Positions 12,379-24,641 of a stretch of DNA of 64,000 bases are shown piece after piece. Both the position numbers and the translations under genes were made by a program. The stretch is from Chiloscyllium plagiosum (Eukaryota). The notes beneath the pieces are model-generated. The model had not been told where the DNA came from. It saw only the letters and a list, made by a program, of their open reading frames with translations, and ran no database searches. The first letter of the stretch is position 1; the number at the start of each line of letters is the position of its first letter. The stretch is taken from contig NC_057720.1 of the NCBI RefSeq assembly GCF_004010195.1, positions 88,759,672-88,823,671 of the forward strand. The letters are read 5' to 3'.

Positions 12379-14549
12379 ATCTAGTATTAGTTCTGCTTTC
12401 TGTATGGCCTCAGTAACGCATGGTTGACCATGAACAACACTTGTGAGGGTGGGATGCTATCAGAGGGAGAGAGCGAGTGCATGTGATTGAGAGAGAAGCC
12501 ATCCCATGGGCTCAAAGAGTAAAAAGAATAACAAATTCATTAGCTCTGCATGTAGTCATCTGCAATAATGAGGCTTATCTTCATGACTCTTTCAGCATTA
12601 ATGCCCACATGAAACAGTAATGAAAATATGCCAACAAATTATTTCTGTAATTGAATCACTTAATGATTAGATATGTGATGTTATATGGCTGTGAATGGAT
12701 GAGAATATAAGAAGCAATACCTGTGGTGCTTCACATTTCACAGCACACATTTCCTAATTACACATCACTTAGATAATACAGTTAAGGCTAAAAAATAGAT
12801 CCATCTTACTTATATAGAAGTCATGTTTAGAACCGGCAGAATTAAATCTCTTCACCATATCAACATGTCCATGCCAGCTGGTTTGACAGCTAGATAATTA
12901 GTAGATTACATCATTATCTGCCCATTAGCATTCTGAATAACTTAATCGATTGTAACTTGATTAATTGCCATGATCGGACTGAATTTGGAACAGATACTGT
13001 GTGGTAATCTGTCAGTGGTTACAAGCATTCTCTGCTGTGACCATAGTAACTGGTATTATTCATTTCTTGATTGCTCTTGCTGGCAGTCAGTATAGAAAAT
13101 CTGTTATTCTTGGGCAGTAGTTTGTACTGCCTTCGTTGGAAGCTAGCGTGGGGAGGGGAGGTGTAGGATGACAATTTCTCCTTTCAGTCAGTCCCAATCG
13201 AGTGTAAAAATGTTCTGCGGAAACTGCATCTCTAAAACGCTTGGGTAGGAATTCATTTCAAATAACAGTATAAAACAGGGTGGTGATAGATTCGGTCCAA
13301 GTTTAAATACAGGGGCTAATATTCATTTCCATTGACCACAATATTAAGCAGTGTGTGTATAAAATACACTAATATGATAGAATTGGTTTTACGTTTCTGT
13401 CCAGAGGATTTTCCAACACATTCTTTTGTATACAGTGATTTGTTCATAAGACTCATGTGCTGAATGTCTAATGACTGCACGAGTTTCTGAACACATCAAT
13501 TCAGTTGCAGTGTATCCACACTAAGCAAGAGCACGCTGTTTAAGTCACTTAGTACTGAGGTATACTGTACCATTGTAATAGACTGGACTAGGTCAATGAT
13601 CTCTTCTGACTGGGTAACTCTTTGAATGCTGTCTTTATTTACTTGTTTCATTCACACCATAAATGGTTTGGAACATTTTCTATGTACAAAGGCAAGCTGT
13701 TGTGAAGTAGAACATTTATGCATTAACCTTCTGTATTCTATCTAATACTTTACTGTAATGAGAACTGCAGTGCTCTGGCGAATTCAACGCAGTACTGGAC
13801 TATGTAGATAATAGTGTTCCACACTGCTTTGAACAGTCCAGTTGGAAGCCACTACTTGTTGTTTCAAATAGTATTGTTCTTAAATATTTTAGACTTATAT
13901 GCTCATATCTATGCTCCTCTACCCATATCCTATTATATAGGGGCCTTTATTATAGCTCCTATTCAATGCCCCTGTATCTAACCCATGGTACTTTACAGCC
14001 CCCTTACTGACTTAGTGGCTACCAATATCAACCCAAGCTCTCAACCCACCACCCCGTGGCCTTACATTAGCAGGCAATGTCATCCAGTAACCAACATGGG
14101 CAAAGCTCAGGATCCATGCTGAGATAAGATAGTGTCTACTGTAAGCTTCATTATATTGAAAAAAGATTGCTTTCATAAGAGTATTTACCATATTTGCTGT
14201 ATTTCACCAACATAAGTCATGAAACAACAAACATTTCTTTCAAGTGCACAACCCCTTGGAACAACATTGACTGGAATTTAGGATCTCACTTCAAAGAGCC
14301 TAATGGGCTGAATCTTACCAGAGACTGGCTATGTGTTATTTTTGCGAGCAACATCGAGGATTTCATGCTGTGAGGCCAAGCAAATTTTCTCAGGCTATCA
14401 TCGCTAACTAGATACTAAATACTGTGATGCCTTGATCAGCCATTCTAGCCCAACTCACCCAATTACTGCAGGTGGAAACACACACTACTGCTGGAAATTC
14501 TGGGATCCCTGCTGCCAGTGCCATCTTTGAACCCCAGCCATGCACCTAG

Positions 14550-15000
14550 TCAAGTGTTAAACAATTGCTTCTTTAACTCCTCTCACTTTCTCCAAGTCAA
14601 AGGTGTGGCCAAGGGGACCTACGTGGGTCCTAGCGATACCTGTCACATTGTGAGGTATGTGAAACTTCCCTTGTTCCAGTCCTGTTGGGGCCCACATCCA
14701 CTATCTTCATCTCTGATACTTCGATAATGCCATGACTGCTCCTTCCTACTCTAAAGCAGAGTTGGAAAATTTTATCAGTTTTGCTTCCAATTTCCATCCT
14801 TCTCTGACCTTCATCTGATCTATCTCTGATTCTCCTCCTCCCTTTCATGACTTCTCTGTTTCTCTTTCTGGGGATAGGTTGTCCACCAATATTCATTACA
14901 AACCCATTGACTCCCACAGTAATCTGGACTGCGTTTCCTCACAATTGGCTTGATGAAAGAAATTGATTCTCCCAATTCCTCTTTCTCTGTCACATTCGTA
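14550..15000 (+). pseudogene. decayed PLE reverse-transcriptase fragment
   Basis: Translation NNCFFNSSHFLQVKGVAKGTYVGPS aligns with NNFSFQSSHFLQTKGVAMGTRMGPS of the younger PLE RT at 23267-23781; frameshifts and stops downstream. Confidence 0.8.
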
Positions 15001-15042
15001 CCAATGGTACCATCCTCCAATGGGCTGATTCTGACATACTTT

Positions 15043-15275
15043 CATAGAGTCATGCAGACCTTTGGATCCAATCAGTCTATGTTCAACATAAGCCCAAACT
15101 AAACTAGTCCCACCTGCCTGTTCCTGTCCCATATCCCTCCAATTCTTTCCTATTTATGTATTCATCCAAATGTCTTTTAAATGTTGTAATTGTACCACAT
15201 CCACCACTTCCTCAGGATGTTCATTCCACACGTGAACTCACCCTCCGTATAAAACATTCGCCTTGTATGTTGTCC
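15043..15275 (-). mobile_element. HER1/CR1 LINE 3' fragment
   Basis: catagagtcat tail and aactagtcccacctgcctg...accacttcctcagg, matching the copy at 4540. Confidence 0.85.
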
Positions 15276-15601
15276 TCATATAGCTCAAATCCTCTAACAT
15301 CCTTATAAATGTTGACGGGGTCATGGGTGATGAGGGAGTCGTGGATAGCATGTTTAGTGAATTGGTCACACCACAGACTGGGATTGCTGAGGAGAAAGGA
15401 AGTGGGTGACCAAAAGGCAGAGAAAGAACAGGAAGGCAGTGCAGGTGTCCCCTGTGGTCATCTCTCTCCAAAACAGGTGTCCTGTTTTGGATACTGTTGG
15501 AGGAGATGGTTCACCAGGGGAAGGCAGCAGTAGCCAGGTTCATGGCACCCGTGGCTGGCTCTGCTATACAGAAGGGCAGGAAAAAGAATGGAAGGGCTAT
15601 A

Positions 15602-16717
15602 GTCATAGGAGATTCAATTGCAAGGGGAGTAGTAAAGCTTTTCTGTGGTTGAAAACGAGACTCCCCAATAGTATGTTGCCTCCCAGGTGCACGGGTCAGG
15701 GGTGTCTTGGATCAACTGCAGAAAATTCTCAAGTGGAGGGTGAACAGCCAGTTGTCGTGGTGCATGTAGGCACCAATGATAGAGGTAAAAAATGGGATGA
15801 GGTCCTACACGAAGAATTTAGGGAGTTAGGAAACAAAGTAAAAAATAGGACTTCAGCGGTAGTAATCTCAGAATTGCTACCAGTGCCACGTGCGAGTCAG
15901 AGTAGGAATGATAGAATATTTAGGATGAATGCGTGGCTTGAGAGATGGTGCAGGAGGGAGAGGTTCAGATTTTTGGGACATTGGGATCGGTTCTGGGGGA
16001 GGTGGTACTACTGCAGATTGGATAGTCTACACCTGGGCTCGCCTAGAACCAATGTCCTTGGGGGTGCTTTGCTAACGCTATTGGGGAGGGTTTGAACTAA
16101 TGTGGCAGGGGGATGGGAACCAAATGAGGAGGTTAGTGGACAGTAAGGAGGGAGTAACTGTCATAGGAGATTCAATTGCAAGGGGAGTAGTAAAGCTTTT
16201 CTGTGGTTGAAAATGAGACTCCCCAATAGTATGTTGCCTCCCAGGTGCACGGGTCAGGGGTGTCTTGGATCAACTGCAGAAAATTCTCAAGTGGAGGGTG
16301 AACAGCCAGTTGTCGTGGTGCATGTAGGCACCAATGATAGAGGTAAAAAATGGGATGAGGTCCTACACGAAGAATTTAGGGAGTTAGGAAACAAAGTAAA
16401 AAATAGGACTTCAGCGGTAGTAATCTCAGAGTTGCTACCAGTACCACGTGCGAGTCAGAGTAGGAATGATAGAATATTTAGGATGAATGCGTGGCTTGAG
16501 AGATGGTGCAGGAGGGAGAGGTTCAGATTTTTGGGACATTGGGATCGGTTCTGGGGGAGGTGGTACTACTGCAGATTGGATAGTCTACACCTGGGCTCAA
16601 CTAGAACCAATGTCCTTGGGGGTGCTTTGCTAATGCTATTGGGAAGGGTTTGAACTAATGTGGCAGGGGGATGGGAACCAAATGAGGAGGTTAGTGGACA
16701 GTAAGGAGGGAGTAACT
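15602..16717 (+). repeat. 558-bp tandem duplication inside LINE ORF1
   Basis: 15602-16159 is repeated at 16160-16717 with about 7 substitutions; ORFs 15406..16095 and 16207..16653 are near-identical. Confidence 0.95.
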
Positions 16718-17207
16718 AAAGCCTGTAAGAAACTAATAATGAAGTCAGCGTGACTAAGGGGAAGAGTAGGCAGGAAGCAGCAGATGAACACAAAGGGACA
16801 GGTGGCCTGAGGTGCATTTGTTTTAATGCAACAAGTATAGTAGGTAAGGCAGATGAACTTAGGGCTTGGATTAGTACCTGGGAGCATGATGTTATTGCTA
16901 TTACTGAGACAAAGTTGAGGGAAGGGCATGATTGGCAACTAAATATCCCAGGATATAAATGCTTCAGGTGTGATAGAGAGAGAGGTAAAAGGAATGGAGG
17001 AGTTGCGCTACTGGTCAGAGAGGATATCACAGCTGAAGGAGGGCACTATGGAAGACTCAAGAAGTGAGGCAATATGGGCACAGCTCAGAACTAGGAACGG
17101 TACGGTAACAATGTTGGGGCTGTGCTACAGACCTCCCAACAGAGAGCGTGAGATAGAGGTCCAAATATGTGAGCAGATTATGGAAAGATATAGGAGCAAC
17201 AGGGTTG

Positions 17208-17392
17208 TGCACCTCAGGCCACCTGTCCCTTTGTGTTCATCTGCTGCTTCCTGCCTACCCTTCCCCTTAGTCACACAGACTTCATTAATAGTTCCTTACA
17301 GGCTTTAGTTACTCCCCCCTTACTGTCCACTAACCTCCTCATTTGGTTCCCATCCCCCTGCCACATTAGTTCAAACCCTCTCCAATAGCGTT
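17208..17392 (-). repeat. 185-bp inverted copy of 16632-16816 inserted in the LINE endonuclease region
   Basis: Reverse complement aligns without gaps at roughly 95% identity; it interrupts the reading NRVV...FNFPNIDW. Confidence 0.9.
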
Positions 17393-17772
17393 TTAATTTT
17401 CCCAACATTGACTGGATTCACTAGTGTTAGAGGTCTAGATGGAGCAGGAATTGTCAGGAGCATCCAGGAGGGTTTTATAGAGCAGTATGTAAATAGTCCA
17501 ACTCATGAAGGGGCCATATTGGACCTGATGTTGGGAAATGAGCCCAGCCAGGTAGCTAAAGTTTCAGTCGGGGAATTACTTTGGGAATAGTGATCACAAT
17601 TCCATAAGTTTTAGGATACTCATGGACAAAGACGAGAGTGGTCCTAAAGAAAGAGTGCTAGACAGGGGGAAGGCCAGCTATACCAAATTTCGGCAGGAGC
17701 TGGGGAATGTAGATTGGGAGAAGCTGTTTGAAGTGAAATCCGTATCCGATATATGAGATGCTTTTAAAGAGT

Positions 17773-18000
17773 TGAAAATGTGTTGCTGGGAAAGCGCAGC
17801 AGGTCAGGCAGCATCCAAGGAGCAGGAGAATTGGCAGGAGAATTGACGTTTCAGGCATGAGCCCTTCTTCATTCCTGAAGAAGGGCTCGTGCCTGAAACG
17901 TTGATTCTCCTGCTCCTGGGATGCTGCCTGACCTGCTGTGCTTTTCCAGCAACACATTTTCAGCTCTGATCTCCAGCATCTGCAGTCCTCACTTTCTCCT
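17773..18000 (+). mobile_element. PLE-derived fold-back insertion (family A) nested in the CR1 LINE; two hammerhead motifs back to back
   Basis: Perfect 17-bp TSD agatgcttttaaagagt at 17756-17772 and 18001-18017. Inverted arms. CTGAAGA (17875-17881), A, GGGC-TCGT-GCCT, GAAACGTT. Tail on the right only. Confidence 0.9.
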
Positions 18001-19756
18001 AGATGCTTTTAAAGAGTGGTTGATTAGAGTTCAGGAGAGATATATTCTTGTGAAAATGAGGGATAGAAATATCAAGATTAGGGAAGCATGAATGACAGGT
18101 GAAAGTGTGAGACTAGCTAAGAAGAAATAGGATGCACACATAAGGTCTAGGCAACTGAAGACAGACGAAGCTTTGGAAGAATATCGGGAATGTAGGACCA
18201 ATCTGAAATCAGTTAAGAGGGCTAAAAGAGGTCATGAGATATCCTTAGCAAGCAGGGTTAAGGAAACCCCCAAATTCATATATAAGGAGTAAGAGGGTAA
18301 CATGGGAAAGGGTTGGCGACTCAAGGACAAAGGAGGAAAGATATGCATGGAGTCAGAGAAAATGGATGAGATTCGTAATGGGTTCTTTGCATTGGTGTTC
18401 ACCAAGGAGAGGAACATGACGGATGTTGAGGTTAGGGATAGATCTTTGATTACTCTAGGTCAAGTCAGCATCAGGAGGGAGGAAGTGTTGTGTACTCTAA
18501 AAGGCATTAAGGTGGACAAGTTCCCAGGACCGGATGGGATCTAGGGGAAGTAAGAGAGGAAATAGCTGGGGATTTAGCAGATAACTTTGCAGCATCCTTG
18601 AAAATGGGGGAGATCCCAGTGGACTGGAGAATTGCTAATGTTTTCCCCTTGTTTAAGAAGTGTAGCAGGGATAATCCAGGCAATTACAGACCTGTAAGCC
18701 TGATGTCAGTAGTGGGGAAACAAATGGAGAAGATACTAAGGGATAGGATATATACCCATTTGGAAGAAAATGGGCTTATCAGTGAAAGGGAGTATGGTTT
18801 TGTGCAGGGAAGGTCATGTCTGACAAACCTAATAGAATTCTTTGAAGAGGTGACAAAGTTGATTGATGAGGGAAGGGATGTAGATCTCATATACATGGAT
18901 TTTAGTAAGGCATTTGATAAGGTTGATAAAGAAGGTGAAGTTGCATGGGGTCCAGGGTGTTCTAGCTAGATGGATAGAGAACTGATTGGGTAACAGGAGA
19001 CAGAGAGTAGTAGTGGAAGGAAGCTTCTCAAAATGGAGACCTGTGAACAATGATGTCCCACAGGGATCCGTGCTGGGAATACTGTTGTTTGTGATATACA
19101 TAAATGATTTGGAGGAAGGTGTAGGTTACCTCATTAGCAAGTTTACACTGACACTAAGATTGGTGGAGTAGCACATAGTGAAGGGGACTGTCAGAGAATA
19201 CAGCAGAATATAAATAGATTGGAGAGTTGGACAGAGAAATGGCAGACGGAGTTCAATCCAGACAAATGTGAGGTGATGCAACCTGTGAGAACTTGTATCC
19301 TCTTTTTGCTTTGTGGCCTGCAGGAGCCACATTAAAAGTCACCTGTGATTATTCTGCATCACAGATGTTGAAGTTACAATAACTCAGCTGCGATTGCTTG
19401 TGACCAGCAATTGCAGCCTCTACTATTGGAAACTGCGCCCATTTCCCATGCACACTGATATGATTGCAAGTGATTTCAACCCTGTGCACTGAAAATGCAC
19501 GATGGTCCACTGAAAGGCCTCCCGTCCATCTGAAATTAAGTCCATGTGCAGGGACAAAAAAAAAACACACTGACTTTACCTACTCTGGTTGTGGTCACAG
19601 CCATTTTGCATTTGTTGTTTGCAGTTTGCTGTTGAGGGAACACAGAAGGCAATGTAGGGGTTCTCACTTGGCAAGGTGAGTCAAACTGGTTATGACCCCC
19701 AAGTCTCCCTGTTCCTATGCCCATGGCACTCCTTCGACAGAACATCACTACTGATC

Positions 19757-20050
19757 TTTTGATTTGATTTGATTGTTTTATTGTTATGTATACCGAAGTC
19801 CAGCGAAAAGCTTTGTTTACGAGCAGTGGAGGCAGATCATTGTAAGCAGGGATGTGCAAATCAAAAAGGCTTAGACAGAGACATACAGGTTACATTGCAC
19901 AGGGTGTGTGTGTTAGGCATGAGCAACATGAGCAAGATAAGTATCATTTGAGGCCAGAGCCTCCATTTGTCAGTCTAATAATGACCGGGAAGAAGCTGTT
20001 CCTGAACTTGCTGGTACATGTGTTCAGGCTTCTGCATCTTCTGCCTGATT
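19757..20050 (-). mobile_element. Rex1/Babar-like LINE 3' end
   Basis: Minus strand encodes SGRRCRSLNTCTSKFRNSFFP, a Rex1-like C-terminus, and ends in aataaa plus an (atcaa)n tail. Confidence 0.7.
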
Positions 20051-20596
20051 CTCCATGTGTTCCTCACCGCCTGGTATCAACACTGCATCTCTTATGTCCG
20101 GTCTTTACAGTTTAATCCTGCCCACCATTATGATGCACACTCCTCTCCCACACTCCCTCGTGGGCATAATCATGGTGACAGCTCCCACTGCATCGACTGC
20201 CCTCGCATTAACATCTATTCTCTTCCTAACATTGAATTTCACTCCTTCACTGTCCTTGCTCCTTTGTGTCCCTACATGCTGGCTCCAATGTCCCCAACAT
20301 TGAATTGCCCCATGTCCCTATGACACCAGTGTCTTGCAGTAACCACAACCCCACTACTACCACCACCACCTTGACTTTCAATCTGCTTCTTGCCAGCTCC
20401 CACCACTCGGAACTGGTCATCAGGTGCAACCCTTTTCCTAACTGCCCTAAACACTCGACTGACCATGCCCGCATCTCCAGACTGATCGCAGGCATTGCCC
20501 TTGACTAAACATACTGGGACTCCCCGAATGACGGCAGCACCCCACCTTGACTTGGCTGAGGACTACCCCCATTTTGAATCTGAGAATTGTCATTCT

Positions 20597-20779
20597 GAGC
20601 TGAAAAATGTGTCGCTGGAAAAGCGCAGCAGGTCAGGCAGTATCCAAGGAGCAGGAGAATGGCTTATGCCCGAAACGTCGATTCTCCTGCTCCTTGGATG
20701 CTGCCTGACCTGCTGTGCTTTTCCAGGGACACATTTTTCAGCTCTGATCTCCAGCATCTGCAGTTCTCACTTTCTCCTA
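20597..20779 (+). mobile_element. PLE-derived fold-back insertion (family A) with the hammerhead 5' half deleted
   Basis: Inverted arms; centre ggcttatgcccgaaacgtcga; right-hand tail; imperfect TSD tgtcaKtctga. Confidence 0.85.
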
Positions 20780-21180
20780 GATGTCAGTCTGATTAATGTA
20801 CACACAGAGGATTTGCCGTGCTGGCTGCTGGCACATCTTATAGGTATGGCATCGAGGTGGGATGGGACCATACCACAAAATGTCCGCCCCTTTTGATTGA
20901 TGACTGCTGACAACAGTGACAAGCTGCCTGGCTTTGCATCTGTGCTAGACAGCGAGGCAAGACAGAAGTACTGTGCTAAGCAAGGTATGGCTGAGGGTGC
21001 AAATATCTAATGACAAGGCAAGGAAGGGACGCAGTGAGTGTCCAATTGGACACAATGTAAGTGGGAGCAAGTGAGCAGCTCTGTGATGCACCCTCATCCA
21101 AACCCACATATTGCAATGAAAGGGTCCACTGCTTTCCCAGTTACAGCATTGAAATGTAGAACCATCCTGGACTGAAGATG

Positions 21181-21242
21181 TGCCATGATGGGACAGTGAG
21201 GGTGATCCATGTTGCCATGATGGGACAGTGAGGGTGATCCAT
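21181..21242. repeat. two-copy 32-bp tandem repeat
   Basis: tgccatgatgggacagtgagggtgatccat occurs twice in tandem. Confidence 0.9.
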
Positions 21243-21280
21243 ACTGAATGCCAATGTCCATGAATGTGGGGTGCATGAGG

Positions 21281-21637
21281 TCATAGAATCCTAGATTTCC
21301 TACAGTGTGGAAACAGGCCCTTGAGCCCAACAAATCCACAGCGTCTCTCCAAAGAGTCACCCACCCAGACCCATTCCTCTGCCCTATTATCTTATATTTG
21401 CCCCTGACTAATGTACCAAACCTACACATTCCTGAACACAATGGGTAATTTAGCATGGCCAATTCATCTAATCTGCACATCTTTGGATTATGGGACGAAA
21501 CTGAAACATCCGAAGGAAACCCACGCCGGTACGGGGAGAATGTGCAAACTCCATACAGACAGTTGCCTGAAGTTGGAATTGAACCTGGGTCCCTGGTACT
21601 GTGAGGCGGCAATGTTAACCATTGAGCCACCATGCCA
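21281..21637 (-). mobile_element. HE1-type SINE
   Basis: Reverse complement has a tRNA-like head, the central domain and the tail ccacactgtaggaaatcta. Confidence 0.9.
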
Positions 21638-22065
21638 TCCTAAGTCATTGCCCATGGAGTGTGCCCTGAGATGTTGGTGACTGGTGTTCAAGATGGGCAG
21701 GCATCAGCTACTTGGTCTGACTTTCATGGAGTTATTACCACTTAAATAGGAGATGTGTATTAATGAGATAAGATTAGGTATTAATGAGGGTGATAATGAG
21801 TGATAATCAATGCGAATAAACCTCAGCATCTAATCTCCCATTCGACACTGGTTTGGAAAATGGAAAGCTTTGGTCTCAACATCAGGAAGGTCCGCTATTG
21901 AAAATGCAGACAACATTTCCAAGCTACTTAAAACCTCCAAATAAAGTGAAGAATGAGGGGTCGGGCTGGAAAAGAGACAGAGATAACAGGAGGGGAAGAG
22001 AGCGAGAGAGAGAGCAAAGCTGAGCTGGAGGGAAGAGAGGGGAAAGAGGGGCGATAGAGAAAGTT

Positions 22066-22090
22066 AGAGAGAGAGAGAGAGAGAGAGAGA
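22066..22090. repeat. (AG)n microsatellite ending a purine-rich tract
   Basis: Direct observation. Confidence 0.9.
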
Positions 22091-23009
22091 AAACTCTCTT
22101 TCAAAACTAAAATGTTTCATGGTAATTCAATCACAAAAGCATTCCTATTTTGGAATAGGAGATTCCAGCATTAGCCTAGTTAATTCCATGTTGGGATAAA
22201 TGGAAAAGTATGAAAAGGCACCTGAATCTTAGGTGTCAAAAGTTGCTTTATTCTATAGTCCCACACTTTGGGTACAAAATGATCTCCCTCTGAATAGCTA
22301 ATTAACAGGACAAGCTACAATATGAGACTAAAAATGATTTCGGCTATTGGCTTTTTGTCAGGAGCAGTGTTTTGCATAGCCTTCTTTTCCTTAATCTTGA
22401 ATTTAGCATTAGGGAAGCATGATAATTTTTTTAAAAAGCAACTCAGGTGAACCCGATTTGCTACATTAATGCATCATGTAAAGCCACTTAAAAGGATTTC
22501 TAATATCCATGGAAATCACTGCCGTCAGAAAAAGAAAGGAACAACAGGAATAAATTAAAGTAAAACAGAAAATAAAAGACCAGGTTTTGGTAATTAAAGA
22601 GAAATGAGGTGCATAATGTTCTGGAGTAACTTTTGGAAGCTAAATGGAATGATCCCAGTTGGAATTAGCATTAGTACCAGAGAACTGGAGGGACAAATTG
22701 AGCTAAAGCCTTCCTTGTGAAGATGTCCATGGAAGATTGCTGAACTAGGTCAGCCATGACGGAAGAGCTGGTTTGATTTTCAAACCAGTTGGATCAGTCT
22801 GGGAACAGTTAAAGGAATCAGTTTGCAGGACAACAGTTCGAGATAGGCTGACCATAGCGACATACAGCACGGCAACAGGCCCTTCAGCCCAACTTGTCTC
22901 TGCCGACCAGGTTTCCTAACCTGAACATGTCCCATTTGCCTGCATTTCATCCACATCCATCTAAATCCCTGTTTATGTTTCTATCCAAAAGCCTTTTAAA
23001 TGCTATAAC

Positions 23010-23252
23010 TGTGAGGACTGCAGATGCTGGAGATCAGAGTCAAGATTAGAATGGTGCTGGAAAAGCACAGCAGGTCAGGCAGCATCCAAGGAGCAGGAAA
23101 ATTGATGTTTTGGACAAATACTCTTCATCAGGAAAGATGAAGCCACCTGACCTGCTGTGCTTTTCCAGCACCACTCTTCCGAAACATTGATTTTCCTGCT
23201 CCTCGGAAGCCACCTGACCTGCTGTGCTTTTCCAGCACCACTCTAATCTTGA
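23010..23252 (-). mobile_element. PLE fold-back insertion (family A variant) with a scrambled centre
   Basis: Inverted tail on the left, inverted CTGATGA core (cttcatcagg), duplicated gaagccacctgacctgctgtgcttttccagcaccactct segment. Confidence 0.8.
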
Positions 23253-23527
23253 CTGCATCTAACACTCCGCTTCTTCCTTGCCCCACCGAACTCATCTCCG
23301 CATACCTTGACACCGTCCTGTCCCCCTTAGTCCAAGAACTCCCCACCTACGTTCGGGACACCACCCATGCCCTCCACCTGCTCCAGGATTTTCGCTTCCC
23401 CGGTCCCCAATGCCTTATTTTCACCATGGACATCCAGTCCCTGTACACCTCCATCCCCCATCACGAAGGACTCAAAGCCCTCCGCTTCTTCCTTTCCCGC
23501 CGTACCGACCAGTAACCTTCCACAGAT

Positions 23528-23781
23528 ACCCTCCTTCGACTGACTGAACTGGTCCTCACCCTGAACAACTTCTCTTTCCAATCCTCCCACTTCCTCCAAA
23601 CGAAAGGAGTAGCCACGGGCACCCGCATGGGCCCCAGCTATGCCTGCCTCTTCGTAACCCTCCTTCGACTGACTGAACTGGTCCTCACCCTGAACAACTT
23701 CTCCTTCCAATCCTCCCACTTCCTCCAAACGAAAGGAGTAGCCATGGGCACCCGCATGGGCCCCAGCCATGCCTGCCTCTT
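23528..23781 (+). repeat. 129-bp in-frame tandem duplication in the PLE RT, next to the gap
   Basis: Unit starting at 23528 recurs at 23657 with few differences. Confidence 0.85.
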
Positions 23782-24244
23782 NNNNNNNNNNNNNNNNNNN
23801 NNNNNNNNNNNNNNNNNNNNNNNNNNNNNNNNNNNNNNNNNNNNNNNNNNNNNNNNNNNNNNNNNNNNNNNNNNNNNNNNNNNNNNNNNNNNNNNNNNNN
23901 NNNNNNNNNNNNNNNNNNNNNNNNNNNNNNNNNNNNNNNNNNNNNNNNNNNNNNNNNNNNNNNNNNNNNNNNNNNNNNNNNNNNNNNNNNNNNNNNNNNN
24001 NNNNNNNNNNNNNNNNNNNNNNNNNNNNNNNNNNNNNNNNNNNNNNNNNNNNNNNNNNNNNNNNNNNNNNNNNNNNNNNNNNNNNNNNNNNNNNNNNNNN
24101 NNNNNNNNNNNNNNNNNNNNNNNNNNNNNNNNNNNNNNNNNNNNNNNNNNNNNNNNNNNNNNNNNNNNNNNNNNNNNNNNNNNNNNNNNNNNNNNNNNNN
24201 NNNNNNNNNNNNNNNNNNNNNNNNNNNNNNNNNNNNNNNNNNNN
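23782..24244. other. assembly gap (463 N)
   Basis: Run of N. Confidence 1.
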
Positions 24245-24641
24245 AAGTTTGTCCAGCAGGGTAAGATAAAAGGTAGGGAGGAGGGACTTGGGGGAGGGGC
24301 GTCGGAAATGTGATCGGTGGAAAGAGGTCAAGGTGAGGGTGATAGGCCAGACTGGGGTGGGGGCAGAGAGGTGGGGAAGAAGATTGCAGGTTAGGAAGGC
24401 GGTGCTGAGTTCGATGGATTTGACTGAGACAAGGTATTTCCCCTCCCCCCACCTTGTCTCAGTCAAATCCATCGAATTCAGCACCGCCTTCCTAACCTGC
24501 AATCTTCTTCCCGACCTCTCCGCCCCCACTCCCGTCTGACCTATCACCCTCACCTTGACCTCTTTCCACCTATCACATTTCCGACGCCCCTCCCCCAAGT
24601 CCCTCCTCCCTACCTTTTATCTTAGCCTGCTGGACAAACTT
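24245..24641. repeat. long inverted repeat, 191-bp arms and 15-nt loop
   Basis: 24245-24435 is the reverse complement of 24451-24641 with few mismatches; the left arm runs into the gap. Confidence 0.95.

Larger units (their letters stand above)
15310..19281 (+). mobile_element. rearranged, inactive CR1-type LINE (ORF1 SGNH esterase + ORF2 endonuclease/RT), 3' end missing
   Basis: ORF1 motifs VVVVHVGTND and LDSLHL; endonuclease CICFNATSI, IAITET, CYRPP; RT NYRPVSLMSVVGK, YMDFSKAFDK, VPQGSVLG. Many frameshifts, a tandem duplication, an inverted insertion and a nested PLE. Confidence 0.95.

Noticed and set aside
12810-12890. Minus-strand peptide SWHGHVDMVKRFNSAGSKHD resembling an ankyrin repeat
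   Set aside because: It lacks TPLH, has a polar residue at a core position, a poor acceptor and an upstream stop.
23327-24598. Long ORFs of 166-423 aa
   Set aside because: They are open only because they run through the N gap.
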